In this document: positions 62,279-64,000 of the stretch, in pieces
How positions within the stretch are numbered: position 1 is the first letter of the stretch
How the letters are laid out: every line of letters starts with the position of its first letter
Assembly: GCA_013239625.1 (NCBI GenBank)
Contig: MU053482.1
Location: forward strand, 62,001-126,000
Direction: 5' to 3'
Source of the DNA: Lama guanicoe
Taxonomy: Eukaryota
Length of the DNA: 64,000 nt
Notes under the pieces: generated by a model
Seen by the model: only the letters and a program-made list of their open reading frames with translations
Databases searched by the model: none
What the model was told of the DNA's origin: nothing
Translations under genes and position numbers: made by a program

Positions 62279-64000
62279 TGTCACTGTCTCAGGTGAACTG
62301 ATTGCTTCTCTTCAGGGGGATTGTGACATAGTCCACAGACATAGCAAGTATGGGATGAGTATTGATTCTGAAACAGTCTGTCCCCGCAGGTTCCCAAAGA
62401 GGTGGGCTAAGATCTTTGCTATTATATCTTCCCATCACTAAGCAGACCCTTCCCTTGGTCCCATCTCTGATTGATCACCAGTCTACCCTAGTGGCCACAT
62501 TCTCCTTTGGAGTGATGCTTTGATTTCACAGTCTTTTTATTCATCCAGTTATTAAGTTATTTTATTCATAGCTGCTGATAAACCTCTTTCATTCATTCAT
62601 TCAACAGATAAGATATATATCTATTAAATCCATGTACTCTGCTAGATATTGGAAAGAACAATTAATAGTATAAATGGTCCTTGTCATCATGGCTCACTGG
62701 AGAATATATATTAGATATGTGATCACAGATACCTAATTACAATTATAAATGTTATGACCTAAAACTACAGTGTCTTAAAACATATCATATGAGAATGTTC
62801 TCAGTATGGGAGCCCACCCTAATTCAAGTTAGTGACCATAAGAATGTATTAAAAGTAAAGGGAGGTGTCGGGGTAGGCTGAGGATACAAAATTCCTGAGG
62901 CAGGAGGGAAGGGAGGTTGGTATTGTCAAAGACCTGACAGAATCATGAAATTTAGGGATGTAGTTCTCAGGAACTAAGCCTGGTCTGTAAGCAAGAACCT
63001 TAGCATGCATGTTTTAGGTCATATCAAAGGGCAGTGGAAAGTCATGAAGATTTTAAGCAGAAGATTAAAAGACAATCAGAATCTCATTATCAAGTATCAT
63101 GCTAGGAGTATGCATAGGAAGGGGTGAAGCAGAGATGCTGGAAGATCTGTTAGATACAGTGATCTCTACGGAGTTCAAGGATATGTCACGGGAATGGGTA
63201 AATGAGATAAGGATTTGGGGGGAAAGAAATCAAGAATATGAAAATCCAGAGTTTTCAATGGGTCATTCACAATAATACTGAAGTCTCCCACCAAGATTAT
63301 GGGCGGCCAAAATATAGGGAAGATATTGACCAAGTGAACATTTAATGAAAGAGGGCAGCCAGAAGAGATACTGGTAACTGGAAGTGGTAGATTGTTCATA
63401 TCATCAAGATTTTATGCTAATACAACATTTTCAGACTAAGATCATTCAAAAGTAGTTTGACCAAAGCACTTAGAGAACTCTAAATCCAGAGGTAAACATC
63501 ACTCAATCCTCCACCCACTAAGAAGTCTTGAGACTATTGCATAATCCTCTGCAATCTTGTGTCTATTCCATCTCTCCTGCAGATCTTTGTCCCACTTTCT
63601 ACACATGGAGCAATGACAAGAGTGGAGGGAGAGTCTCTGCTTTTTGCCCTTTCTTTGAAGAATGATCTTCTTCCCAATAATATTGAAGATTAATATTTAA
63701 TAGAGAAAAGTGGGATCGTAGAGTATGGCATAGAGCAGAAGCCACTTAGGAGAAAGACTGAGGCAGACTCCCCCTAGGGATCATAAGTTTAGCCCTAATC
63801 CTCCATGTACCCACCCAACAACTCAGGCCCATTTTCTTCGAAACCCTGGTCATTCATAGCATGTCTTTAACCTGAGCCACCCTGTGTCTCATTTCTACCC
63901 TTATTTCCCAATGAGAATTAGTCCTCTGTGACTTGAAGCCAATCTCTACCACACACCATCGCATTTTATCATAATTTCTGTATTTCCAACTTCACTTCAT

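Noticed and set aside
60772..62441. ORFs of 91, 77 and 232 aa as a processed pseudogene or new gene
   Set aside because: Non-ATG starts and no recognisable homology; the 232-aa ORF runs through an LTR16-like element; no polyA or TSD.

Overview
AT-rich mammalian genomic DNA from the class I (OR52/OR56) olfactory receptor cluster. Short tRNA-derived SINEs and the young L1 type suggest a camelid (inference from recalled consensus sequences). There are five OR loci, each with an intronless coding region: an OR52E4-like gene cut off by an 810-N assembly gap and carrying substitutions in conserved motifs; an intact OR52E5-like gene; an OR56A4-like gene broken by one in-frame TAG; an intact OR56A1-like gene; and an intact OR52L-like gene. 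Ortholog names come from my recall of human proteins, not from a database search. The rest is mostly L1, L2, MIR, MaLR/ERV LTRs, MER5, SINEs and microsatellites. I found no evidence of a new biological system. The most notable observations are a ~390-nt apparent gene-conversion tract shared by the two convergent OR56A paralogs, the single-nonsense OR56A allele, a fossil C-terminal tail behind the OR52E5 stop, an L1 ORF1 inversion bounded by a 33-bp inverted duplication, several insertions with readable target-site duplications (TSDs), and O/E (Ebf) site clusters marking candidate OR promoters and 5' non-coding exons. Boundaries of old repeats are approximate.
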